This document shows, piece by piece, positions 9,494-17,896 of a DNA stretch of 41,671 bases. Position numbers and translations under genes: made by a program. Within the stretch, counting starts at the first letter, position 1, and the number at the start of each line of letters is the position of its first letter. Below the pieces are notes generated by a model. That model made no database searches and had not been told where the DNA came from. It saw only the letters and a list, made by a program, of their open reading frames with translations. The stretch comes from an uncultured Lachnobacterium sp. (lineage in GTDB: Bacteria > Bacillota > Clostridia > Lachnospirales > Lachnospiraceae): positions 1 to 41,671 of the forward strand of contig CAYNOE010000001.1 of NCBI GenBank assembly GCA_964398745.1, in the 5' to 3' direction.

Positions 9494-11629
9494 CTATATC
9501 CTCCTTTCCTTGTTTTCTACCAGACTGGCGATATCCAGTATCAGGGCAATGCTGCCATCCCCAAGCTGTGTACAGCCGGATATGCCTTTTACCCGCTTTA
9601 TATAAGCCGGAATTGGCTTGACAACAATTTCCTGTTCCTGCACCAGTTTGTCAATCAGGATACAGACCTGTTTGTCCTCGTGTTCAAGAACCACAATAAT
9701 CCCTTCCTCAACATTGGTTCCGGCACCCTTTAGGTTATATTTTTCATTCAGACGGACAAACGGATAACATTCATCTTTTAAAACAATGTATTCATCCCCG
9801 TCCGGCTCTGTGATGATGGCATCGTTCGTAATCCTCATAAAGGTCTTGACAGACGCCGTTTCAAGTACAAAGAAGGATACACCAATCTGAACCACGATTC
9901 CGTTAATAATTGCAAGCGTCAGGGGAATAATTAACGTCATTTCCGAACCTGCGCCCTCGGTACTTTCAATATCAAGTCTTCCGCCTATGCCCTGGATATT
10001 CTTTACCACAACGTCCATGCCGACACCGCGCCCGGAATACTCTGTTACCTGTTCCTTCGTGGAAAATCCCGGCAGGGTGATAAAGTTAAAAATTTCCTTA
10101 TCCGTAAAATCTGACATTGGCCTGTCACCAATCAGTCCGACCGAATACGCCTTATTGTAAAGCTTTTCCTTGCTTAAGCCTTTGCCGTCATCCTTGACAC
10201 TGATGTAAACCTTGCCGCCTTCGTTTTTGGCTTCCAGGGTAATCCTGCCTTTTGCCGGTTTGCCGCGGCTGGTTCTCTCTTCCGCATTTTCCTCAATTCC
10301 GTGATCCACGGAATTTCGTACAAGATGCATCAGGGGGTCTGTAATGTGCTCAATGATATTCTTGTCAACCTCAGTGTTTTCCCCGACTACCTGAACCTCA
10401 ATGTCTTTGCCAAGCTTTCTGGATACGTCAAACACGATTCTCTTCATCTTCTGAAATGCGTTTGTAAGCGGCATCATTCGCAGGGACATGATAATTTCCT
10501 GCAGCTCGGTCGTAATCTTGGAAAGCTGTGCCCCGGCTTTCTGGAAATTCGGCAGTTCCAGTCCCGGAACCTTAAGATCCGGATTCTGCAAAACAACGGC
10601 TTCCGCAATGACAATTTCCCCAATCAAATCCATCAGCGCATCCATCTTTTCCACATTTACACTGATAATACTCTGCTTCTTCGGCTGGTTCTTTGCCAGT
10701 GTCTTTCCTTTTCCGGTTTCTTTTGACTTAACGACATAATCACCCGGAACAATCGGCTCTTTTGGTTTTTTCTCCTCTATCGCCTCCGGTCCGCTTTCCT
10801 GTTTTGGTGCAGCAGCCTGCGCGTCCACCCTGCCGTGTTCCACAAGCTTCTGTCCGTATTCCTCTGATGATAGCTCCGTAATCTCAATATTTTCAGCTTC
10901 CGTGCTGTCCACCAGCTCATGAACCTCTTCCGCCGTACTCTTTGTCTGCAGGATTATGTAAAATCCTTCTGCAAGAATCACATCTGCGCTCGCCTCGCTG
11001 GTCATAATGTCTTCCGGCGTATACAGCATATCCTCCGCCACTTCTTTTAAGGCAAAGGTTGCGGCATATGCACGAAGATTGCTCATCACCGTATCATTCC
11101 GGTAGTGAATGACAATCTGGAAGAAACGGCTGTTTTCCCCCGCCACCGGCGCGATATAGAACTGACTCGGTTCCTCACTTTTTTTCTGTTTGGGAAGCGG
11201 AATTCCCTGATCCTGTATATCGCCTTTCAGCTTCGCCAGAAACTCATCCAGCTCTTCCAAAAGTGGTCCTTCATCACCATCTGTCTTCTCTCCCGCCTTA
11301 ATCTTTTCCATCTCGCCATTAACGAAATCGGATACATCAAGAACCTTATCCACCAGTTCCAGATGGGGTACATTGTCCGGCTGGGATTCCCGCAGGTAGA
11401 AGAAGACATCTTCAAGCCTGTGGGTAACTTTCGTGATATTTTCAAACATCATGATTCCGGATGAACCTTTAATCGTATGCATAATCCGGAAAATTTCATT
11501 AATGTCGGATTCATCAAAACAATCTGCATCCTGTTTTTCTAAGATGATGCCTTCAAGCTTTTCCAAAAGCTGGCCGCTTTCGTATAAGAACATATCAAGC
11601 ATTCCATCATTGTTTAATTCCTCTGCCAT
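9494..11629 (-). CDS. cheA: Chemotaxis histidine kinase CheA (P1-P2-P3-P4-P5)
   Basis: Hpt IFRIMHTIKGSS, dimerisation domain KMDALMDLIGEIVI, HATPase HLVRNSVDHGIE / DDGKG / GFST / SGRGVGMDVV, and a C-terminal CheW-like domain. No fused REC domain. Confidence 0.97.
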   Translation of the reverse strand: MAEELNNDGMLDMFLYESGQLLEKLEGIILEKQDADCFDESDINEIFRIMHTIKGSSGIMMFENITKVTHRLEDVFFYLRESQPDNVPHLELVDKVLDVSDFVNGEMEKIKAGEKTDGDEGPLLEELDEFLAKLKGDIQDQGIPLPKQKKSEEPSQFYIAPVAGENSRFFQIVIHYRNDTVMSNLRAYAATFALKEVAEDMLYTPEDIMTSEASADVILAEGFYIILQTKSTAEEVHELVDSTEAENIEITELSSEEYGQKLVEHGRVDAQAAAPKQESGPEAIEEKKPKEPIVPGDYVVKSKETGKGKTLAKNQPKKQSIISVNVEKMDALMDLIGEIVIAEAVVLQNPDLKVPGLELPNFQKAGAQLSKITTELQEIIMSLRMMPLTNAFQKMKRIVFDVSRKLGKDIEVQVVGENTEVDKNIIEHITDPLMHLVRNSVDHGIEENAEERTSRGKPAKGRITLEAKNEGGKVYISVKDDGKGLSKEKLYNKAYSVGLIGDRPMSDFTDKEIFNFITLPGFSTKEQVTEYSGRGVGMDVVVKNIQGIGGRLDIESTEGAGSEMTLIIPLTLAIINGIVVQIGVSFFVLETASVKTFMRITNDAIITEPDGDEYIVLKDECYPFVRLNEKYNLKGAGTNVEEGIIVVLEHEDKQVCILIDKLVQEQEIVVKPIPAYIKRVKGISGCTQLGDGSIALILDIASLVENKERRI

Positions 11630-11704
11630 ACTTCCTCCAATCCTTCGTATTTTTCTTTCTGGTAATACTTCCCTGCTCTATGCATTTTTGATTATGCATC
11701 ATGT

Positions 11705-12100
11705 TTATGGAATTAATTCCAGCTTTTTTAATAATTTATCAAATTTTTCCACATCAATTGGTTTACCGGAATATGCTTCACAGCCCAGTTCAAATGCCGT
11801 CTTTACATTCCGCTCCTCATTCAGCGCGGATGTCATAATAACCTTGACACGCTTTTTCTTTGAAATCCCCCTCTGTGTTTCAATGTCACGGATTGCCTTT
11901 AATACCTGGTAACCGTCCATCACTGGCATCATAACATCCAGACAGATCAGATCATACGGCTCATCGTCTTCCAGCGCCATCATAAACGCATCCACCGCTT
12001 CTTCCCCGTCAACAGTCACATCACATTCCCCATACTGCGACAGATAGTTGTCCATAAACTTACGGCTGGCGAAATCATCTTCTGCCATTAATATTTTCAT
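11705..12100 (-). CDS. Single-domain response regulator (CheY-like, atypical)
   Basis: REC motifs AEDD, LDVMMP, MTSA and GKP; no output domain; carries a short insert (DIETQRGISKKKR). Confidence 0.85.
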   Translation of the reverse strand: MKILMAEDDFASRKFMDNYLSQYGECDVTVDGEEAVDAFMMALEDDEPYDLICLDVMMPVMDGYQVLKAIRDIETQRGISKKKRVKVIMTSALNEERNVKTAFELGCEAYSGKPIDVEKFDKLLKKLELIP

Positions 12101-12120
12101 AATTACTCTCCTTTCCCTGC

Positions 12121-13143
12121 TTATGCATTATTTAACAGACTGTATATTTTACTTGTAACCGCTGTTATTCCCGTCTGATACTGGACTGCGCCGATATCAT
12201 AAGCAACCTTTGGCATTCCGTAGACCACGCAGGTCGCTTCATTCTGACCGATTGTCTGTGCCCCGGCCCTGCGCATCTGCAAAAGCCCCCTGGAACCGTC
12301 TGCGCCCATTCCGGTTAAGATCACACCAATCGCCTTGTCCTTTGCCGTCTTTGCAACCGATTCAAACAACACATCCACGGAGGGACAGTGCCCGCTTACC
12401 CGTTCTGTTCCCTGGCATTCCACCTGGTAGTAGTCTCCCACCTTAACCACACGCATCTGCCTGTCTCCCGGCGCAATCAGAACCAGCCCCGGCAGAACCC
12501 TGTCACCTGTTTTTGCTTCCTTAACCGATACCGTACACTGGTTGTTCAGCCGGTCCGCATACATTTTGGTAAATCCAGGCGGCATATGCTGTACAATGAC
12601 AACGCCCGGAATATCACGCCGGAACTGTTTTACCACTTCAAAAATCGCTTCTGTTCCGCCGGTTGATGCTCCAATGGCAATCAAAGTTCCCTTATAATTG
12701 CCGATTTGGGTGCTTACCGGACTGGCATCTATTTTTTTAAGCTGCCCCAGCTTGGCTGTGGAAGCAATCTTCACCTTGGTTACAAATTCCTGTTTTAAGA
12801 ACTGGCCGAGCTGCGCTCTGTCCATATTGGTTGGTTTATTTACAAAATCCACGGCTCCAGCTTCAAGCGCATCAAACACGGATTCATTCAGTGCGCTGAT
12901 TACAACAACCGGAAGCGGATACTGCGGCATCAGTTTTCTTAAAAACTGGATTCCGTTCATCCTTGGCATCTCAACATCCAGTGTCATAACATCCGGTTTG
13001 TATTTTATGATGGCGTCCCTTGCCTCATACGGGTCTGCCGCCTGTGCCACCACTTCAATATTCGGATCCTGTTCCAGGCTTTGTACCAGCAGATTACGGA
13101 ATAATATGGAATCATCCACTACAAGTACTTTTATCTTTCTCAT
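12121..13143 (-). CDS. cheB: Chemotaxis response-regulated methylesterase CheB
   Basis: REC domain plus methylesterase triad motifs GASTGG, QHMP, GMGADG and VVYGMP. Confidence 0.97.
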   Translation of the reverse strand: MRKIKVLVVDDSILFRNLLVQSLEQDPNIEVVAQAADPYEARDAIIKYKPDVMTLDVEMPRMNGIQFLRKLMPQYPLPVVVISALNESVFDALEAGAVDFVNKPTNMDRAQLGQFLKQEFVTKVKIASTAKLGQLKKIDASPVSTQIGNYKGTLIAIGASTGGTEAIFEVVKQFRRDIPGVVIVQHMPPGFTKMYADRLNNQCTVSVKEAKTGDRVLPGLVLIAPGDRQMRVVKVGDYYQVECQGTERVSGHCPSVDVLFESVAKTAKDKAIGVILTGMGADGSRGLLQMRRAGAQTIGQNEATCVVYGMPKVAYDIGAVQYQTGITAVTSKIYSLLNNA

Positions 13144-13158
13144 TTCTATCCTATCTCC

Positions 13159-13971
13159 CTATCTTACCTGTTTTCTATAAACTGACGGCTGGACATACTC
13201 AAACGATGTCCGACTCCGGTTCAGGCCTTCGGTGGTTCCGATAAACAGATACCCCCCCGGCTGCATAAAATCATAAACCTTCTGCAGAAGCTCGTATTTG
13301 GTATCCTCCTCAAAATAAATCATGACATTACGCATAAATACCACATGAAATTTCCCACGGAACGGGAACGGATTCATCAGGTTGAACTGACGGAATAAAA
13401 CCTCTTTTTTCAATTCATCAGTCACCTGGTATTCGTCCGCGCTGATGCTCTTAAAATAGTGTTTTCTCCAGCGGGGCGGCAGGGGTTCCACCTGCTCCTT
13501 TAAGTATACGCCGCGGGAGGCATGTGCAAGTACTTTTGTTGAAATATCAGTGGCAAGCACCGTTGTATCCCATTTGCTGTGTTCAAGTCCGAAAAAATCC
13601 ATTAAAATCATGGCAAGCGTATACGGCTCTTCCCCTGTGGAGGATGCGGCCGACCAGATTCTTAAATCCCGTTTTGCGGCTTCCTTTACTTTAAGCTGCG
13701 GAAGCACAATCTTTTGCAGAAATTCAAAATGCTCACTTTCTCTCATAAAATAAGTGTGATTGGTAGTCAGTACATTAACCAGGTTTTTGGCTTCTGTTCC
13801 GGTCGGGTCATTTTCAACCTTTGTCATGTATTCATCATAATTTGCATAACCGTTTCTCAGCAGATAGTTTTTCATTCTTCCGGCAATCAGCACTCTTTTC
13901 TGACTCAGATCAATTCCGTAATTTCTTCTGACATAAGAAACGATTCTCTGAAACTCACTGTCTGTCAGCAA
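13159..13971 (-). CDS. cheR: Chemotaxis methyltransferase CheR
   Basis: LTTNHTYFMRE, RIWSAASSTGEEPYTLAM, ATDIS and RNVMIYF. TTG start overlaps the end of the upstream gene. Confidence 0.96.
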   Translation of the reverse strand: MLTDSEFQRIVSYVRRNYGIDLSQKRVLIAGRMKNYLLRNGYANYDEYMTKVENDPTGTEAKNLVNVLTTNHTYFMRESEHFEFLQKIVLPQLKVKEAAKRDLRIWSAASSTGEEPYTLAMILMDFFGLEHSKWDTTVLATDISTKVLAHASRGVYLKEQVEPLPPRWRKHYFKSISADEYQVTDELKKEVLFRQFNLMNPFPFRGKFHVVFMRNVMIYFEEDTKYELLQKVYDFMQPGGYLFIGTTEGLNRSRTSFEYVQPSVYRKQVR

Positions 13972-15064
13972 TTTCTTCCTCCCCGCGGCCGCTGCAGGTC
14001 ATCTGTCTCTGGATTTTATTAAATACTTTTACAATATCCGGATCAAAGATGAGGCCGCTTTTCTCATTAATGATCTCTTTTGCCTCTTCGGCCGAATAAC
14101 CGCCCATGCCGTTTCTGCCGGCTGTCAGCGTATCATAATTGTTTGCAAGCAGGGTAATCCTTGCTTCAAGCGGTATCTCCTTTCCCTTTAAAGGCGGATT
14201 GCCGCCCCCGTCCCAGTGGCAGTGATGGTACCTGGCAATTCTGGATGCCATGCCTATCAGCAGGCTGTCATCATTTTCGCCATTGATATCCGCAATAATC
14301 TTTCCGCCTTCCTCAGTACACATCTGCACATATTCAGGACTCACCTCGTCCATCCCGTCTTCCCACGGATGCATACGTTCCGGTACAACAATGCTGCCGA
14401 TGTTATGCAGCTTTGCCGCCATATCCATGCATTCCACAAATTCATCCGTAATCTCATTTTCATATTCAGGGAGAAACTGAAGTCCCTGCGCTAAAATCCG
14501 GCTGTTATGCCCTACATTTTTCAGGTGGTATTTCATATACGGATGCCTGCGTTCCATGATACGGATCAGGGACAAAAGCATGTTCCGCTGTCCCTTTTCG
14601 AGATGACTTTTCTGCTCTTCCACCATCTTATGCATCAGGCGGTTATAGTCCTCCATCTGCTGTTTCATCCTGTAGGCTGCCAGATGGTTATTTACGCGCA
14701 TCACAACCTCAACCGCATCCACGGGCTTTGGAATATAATCCACGGCACCTGCCATGAACGCTTTTTTCTTTTCTTCCTCATTGCTTAGCGCAGTAACAAA
14801 TATAACAGGAATATCCCTTGTTTTCGGATGGTTCTTTAACATCCGGCAAAATTCGTATCCGTCAATCTCCGGCATCGAAATGTCAGACAGGATCAGGGAC
14901 GGTCTGGTCTGCCGGATTAGTTCTATGGCATCCTTTACCTTAAGCGCACAAAGGGTTTCATATCCTTCCTGCGATACTATATTATCCAGAATTTCAACGT
15001 TTACATCCACGTCGTCCACAATCAGGATTCTGGGAGGACTTTTTGTTGTATATTCCGTTTCCAT
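13955..15064 (-). CDS. REC + degenerate HD-GYP-like domain response regulator
   Basis: Intact REC (VDD, SDISMP, VTA, PKP). HD-GYP scaffold with substituted catalytic motifs: LHNIG, HHCHWDGGGNP and ANNYDTL. Confidence 0.85.
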   Translation of the reverse strand: METEYTTKSPPRILIVDDVDVNVEILDNIVSQEGYETLCALKVKDAIELIRQTRPSLILSDISMPEIDGYEFCRMLKNHPKTRDIPVIFVTALSNEEEKKKAFMAGAVDYIPKPVDAVEVVMRVNNHLAAYRMKQQMEDYNRLMHKMVEEQKSHLEKGQRNMLLSLIRIMERRHPYMKYHLKNVGHNSRILAQGLQFLPEYENEITDEFVECMDMAAKLHNIGSIVVPERMHPWEDGMDEVSPEYVQMCTEEGGKIIADINGENDDSLLIGMASRIARYHHCHWDGGGNPPLKGKEIPLEARITLLANNYDTLTAGRNGMGGYSAEEAKEIINEKSGLIFDPDIVKVFNKIQRQMTCSGRGEEEIADRQ

Positions 15065-15080
15065 ATTGTCCTGCCCCCTT

Positions 15081-16517
15081 TCAAAATTCCATCTGATCAG
15101 AAAGAAAATCCATTACTTTCTGGTACATTTCCATACTCTTTTCGTAATTGCCTTTACGAATTGCCATTTCCATGCGGAGCACCTGCTTTTTGAGGTCACT
15201 GCCGCCCTGCTCCACCAGAGCCTTGACGGTAGAGGCTAATACCTCCGCCTTATCCCATGCACCAAGCTCGATGGATAACACCAGTTTGTCCAGGCGTTTT
15301 CCCAGCTCCCTGCGGTTGGCTTCTGTGCCAAACTGTAAAAAATCCTCTGTTTCATCCTCACCGTCATGGTCTGTATATTCCGCCCATGCGGCATAGACGC
15401 TGCTGCGGCTGTCCTCTTCCTGCCCGGAGTCCACGGATTTCATTTTTATGGAAAAAGAAAAAGAACTGCCTTTTCCCTTCTCACTCTCAACATAAATATT
15501 GCCATGCATCAGCTCTACAAGCTGTTTTGTGACGGCAAGCCCAAGCCCCGTCCCACCAAAGCGTCTGGTGATAGAAGCATCCACCTGGCTGAAACTCTGG
15601 AACAGCTTATCCTGCTCCTGCGCAGAGATTCCGATTCCGGTATCTTTTACGATGAAGAACAGTTCCACCTCATCATTTATCTGCATTGTCACATCCGCCA
15701 TAATGCTGACATATCCCACCATGGTAAATTTCACGGCATTGGACAAAAGGTTGTTCAAAATCTGAACCAGGCGAAGCTCATCCCCGATGAGCATATTCGG
15801 AATCTTATTATTGACATCCACTTTCAGGCGCAGGCCTTTTTTGTTGATTTCATTGCTGTGTGTCGCAATCACACGCTCCATCATTTTGTAAAAATCAAAT
15901 TCTTTTTCTTCTATTGTAAATTTACCGGCTTCCATTTTGGAAAAATCCAGTATATTATTGATAATTTCTGACATGTTATTGCAGCAGTACAGGATAATAT
16001 CCAGCGTTTTCTTCTGCTCTTCATCCTGCACGCCATCCAGCATTGACATTACATGCCCGCGGATGCCGTTTACCGGGGTTCGCAGCTCATGCGTGACATT
16101 TGCCGTAAATTCATTCTGTCTTTTGATATTTTCCTTTTCTTCCTCCCTTGCACTATGGAGCTGTAAATTCAGTTCCTTCGGGACAGAAATATCCTCTGCA
16201 AGAAGAAAGTACGTCCCTTCCCCTGCTGCCGGATACACGGAAATCTTTGTCGGAAAACAAGATTTGTTTTTCCGGTAAATAGTAAGTTCTTTTCCGGTGG
16301 TAAGCCTTGCCGCATCAAATGTACCGCTCTCCCTGCAGTCGGAAAACTCCTGTATAAACAGTTCCCGCATATTGCAGTCTGTCAGTTCATCACGGGCGTA
16401 TTCCAGTTTTTCTGATGCAGTCCTGTTTGCAAAAATGATATTGCCATCCTCATCAAACACCAGCAAAAGCTCTATTAATTTGTCTATCACAAAATCCATA
16501 TCCAGCAGTCCGGACAT
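15081..16517 (-). CDS. Cytoplasmic PAS-domain sensor histidine kinase
   Basis: N-terminal PAS (DEDGNIIFAN), H-box ANVTHELRTP, N-box QILNNLLSNAVKFT, G1 DTGIG, F-box FSQVD and G2 GGTGLGL. No TM segment and no REC domain. AGGAGG RBS favours ATG 16517 (GTG 16520 is the alternative). Confidence 0.93.
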   Translation of the reverse strand: MSGLLDMDFVIDKLIELLLVFDEDGNIIFANRTASEKLEYARDELTDCNMRELFIQEFSDCRESGTFDAARLTTGKELTIYRKNKSCFPTKISVYPAAGEGTYFLLAEDISVPKELNLQLHSAREEEKENIKRQNEFTANVTHELRTPVNGIRGHVMSMLDGVQDEEQKKTLDIILYCCNNMSEIINNILDFSKMEAGKFTIEEKEFDFYKMMERVIATHSNEINKKGLRLKVDVNNKIPNMLIGDELRLVQILNNLLSNAVKFTMVGYVSIMADVTMQINDEVELFFIVKDTGIGISAQEQDKLFQSFSQVDASITRRFGGTGLGLAVTKQLVELMHGNIYVESEKGKGSSFSFSIKMKSVDSGQEEDSRSSVYAAWAEYTDHDGEDETEDFLQFGTEANRRELGKRLDKLVLSIELGAWDKAEVLASTVKALVEQGGSDLKKQVLRMEMAIRKGNYEKSMEMYQKVMDFLSDQMEF

Positions 16518-16571
16518 CACAGTACCTCCTGTATCCCCAAAACAGGGTATTACATCTTAACAGGGCGTTCA

Positions 16572-17672
16572 TTATGTAAAACGAAACATTTTGATGACTT
16601 CCACAATATTAAAGAAGTCCTCTTTGGCAAGTTCAAAACATTCCAGAATTTTAGGTGAAAACTGACCGCATTCCCCCGCAAGAATCATACGGTACGCCTC
16701 ATCGGTGCTGTATGCGGATTTATAAACCCTCTCACTGACCAGTGCGTCATAAACATCAGCAATGGAAACTATCTGCGCACTGACCGGAATATCATCCCCT
16801 GCAAGATGATCCGGGTATCCGTTTCCGTCCCACCTTTCATGATGGTGGCGGCAGATATCATAACAGTACTGGTAAAATTCCTCCTGATAGGAATTATGGA
16901 ATGTCTCAAGAATCTCGCATCCGATTGTTGTGTGTGTTTTTATAATCTCATATTCATCCTCCGTCAGCCGTCCTGGTTTCATCAGCACGGAATCCGGAAT
17001 CCCGATTTTTCCAATATCATGCAGCGCGGAAGCCCTCGCAATCTGGTCAACCATTTCATCATCCAGACCATATTCCGGATAATATTTGGCAAGGTATTTT
17101 GCGAGTATACGGGTAAAATACTTGATTCTTTTGACATGGTCACCCGTTTCCACGCTCCGAAACTCGATAACAGTACTTAAGGCATCAATCATGAATTCAT
17201 TTGCTTCCATGATTTTTTGTTCCTGTTCCTTAATGATGACCTTCTGTTCTTTAATCCTTAAACGCATATCGCGCCTGTGCTGGTAAAGCTCAATTACATT
17301 CTGTGCACGTTTTTTGATTATGCCTGGCACAAATGGCTTATACATAACATCGGCAATGCTGTAAGAGTACGCTTTTTCTTCCGTTTCATCCGGAGATGCT
17401 CCTGTAATGATAATAACCGGAATCTTTTCCAGAAGGGCATGCTCATCCATATAATCCAGAACACTGAATCCGTCCATCTTTGGCATGATTACATCCAGAA
17501 GAATCAGAACCAGATTATTGCATTTTTCAATCAGCTGAATTGCCTGCTCCCCGTCTTCTGCCTCCAGAACCTCATAACCATCCCCGTCCGGTGCAGCTTC
17601 CTCAAACATGACATGAAGTATCATCCGGTTTATTTCTTCATCATCCACTATAAGCAGCTGTCCTTTATCCAT
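16572..17672 (-). CDS. REC-HD-GYP cyclic-dinucleotide phosphodiesterase response regulator (RpfG-like)
   Basis: REC plus intact ETGDH, LHDIGKIGIP, HTTIG, HHERWDGNGYP, ADVYDAL and RVYK. Start uncertain: ATG 17672 preferred, GTG 17708 possible. Confidence 0.92.
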   Translation of the reverse strand: MDKGQLLIVDDEEINRMILHVMFEEAAPDGDGYEVLEAEDGEQAIQLIEKCNNLVLILLDVIMPKMDGFSVLDYMDEHALLEKIPVIIITGASPDETEEKAYSYSIADVMYKPFVPGIIKKRAQNVIELYQHRRDMRLRIKEQKVIIKEQEQKIMEANEFMIDALSTVIEFRSVETGDHVKRIKYFTRILAKYLAKYYPEYGLDDEMVDQIARASALHDIGKIGIPDSVLMKPGRLTEDEYEIIKTHTTIGCEILETFHNSYQEEFYQYCYDICRHHHERWDGNGYPDHLAGDDIPVSAQIVSIADVYDALVSERVYKSAYSTDEAYRMILAGECGQFSPKILECFELAKEDFFNIVEVIKMFRFT

Positions 17673-17744
17673 AATTCCTGTCTCCCATTTTTCATCCACA
17701 TCTTCCACAAATTATAAACACCCATATGTTCATAACTATTAAGT

Positions 17745-17774
17745 ATTATAACATTATACAGGGGGAAACGTCAA
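17745..17774 (-). promoter_or_regulatory. Sigma-A-type promoter for the HD-GYP/kinase/che operon
   Basis: Minus strand TTGACG-18 nt-TATAAT with a TG extended -10; a second TATAAT lies 8 nt upstream of the first. Confidence 0.65.
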
Positions 17775-17849
17775 CACCTATGTGCATTCTATTATCCAAC
17801 CACCATATCATGAGGTGACTATAATTTGTTCCTATAGTATTTTGTACAT

Positions 17850-17893
17850 AAAAAGGATATGCGTACTAATTGCTTAGTACGACAGCCCCCTTC
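17850..17893 (-). terminator. Rho-independent terminator after the DUF5057-type gene
   Basis: Minus strand CGTACTAA-GCAA-TTAGTACG (perfect 8-bp stem with GNRA loop), extendable through AAGGG/TCCTT and followed by a T-run. Confidence 0.65.
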
Positions 17894-17896
17894 GTC

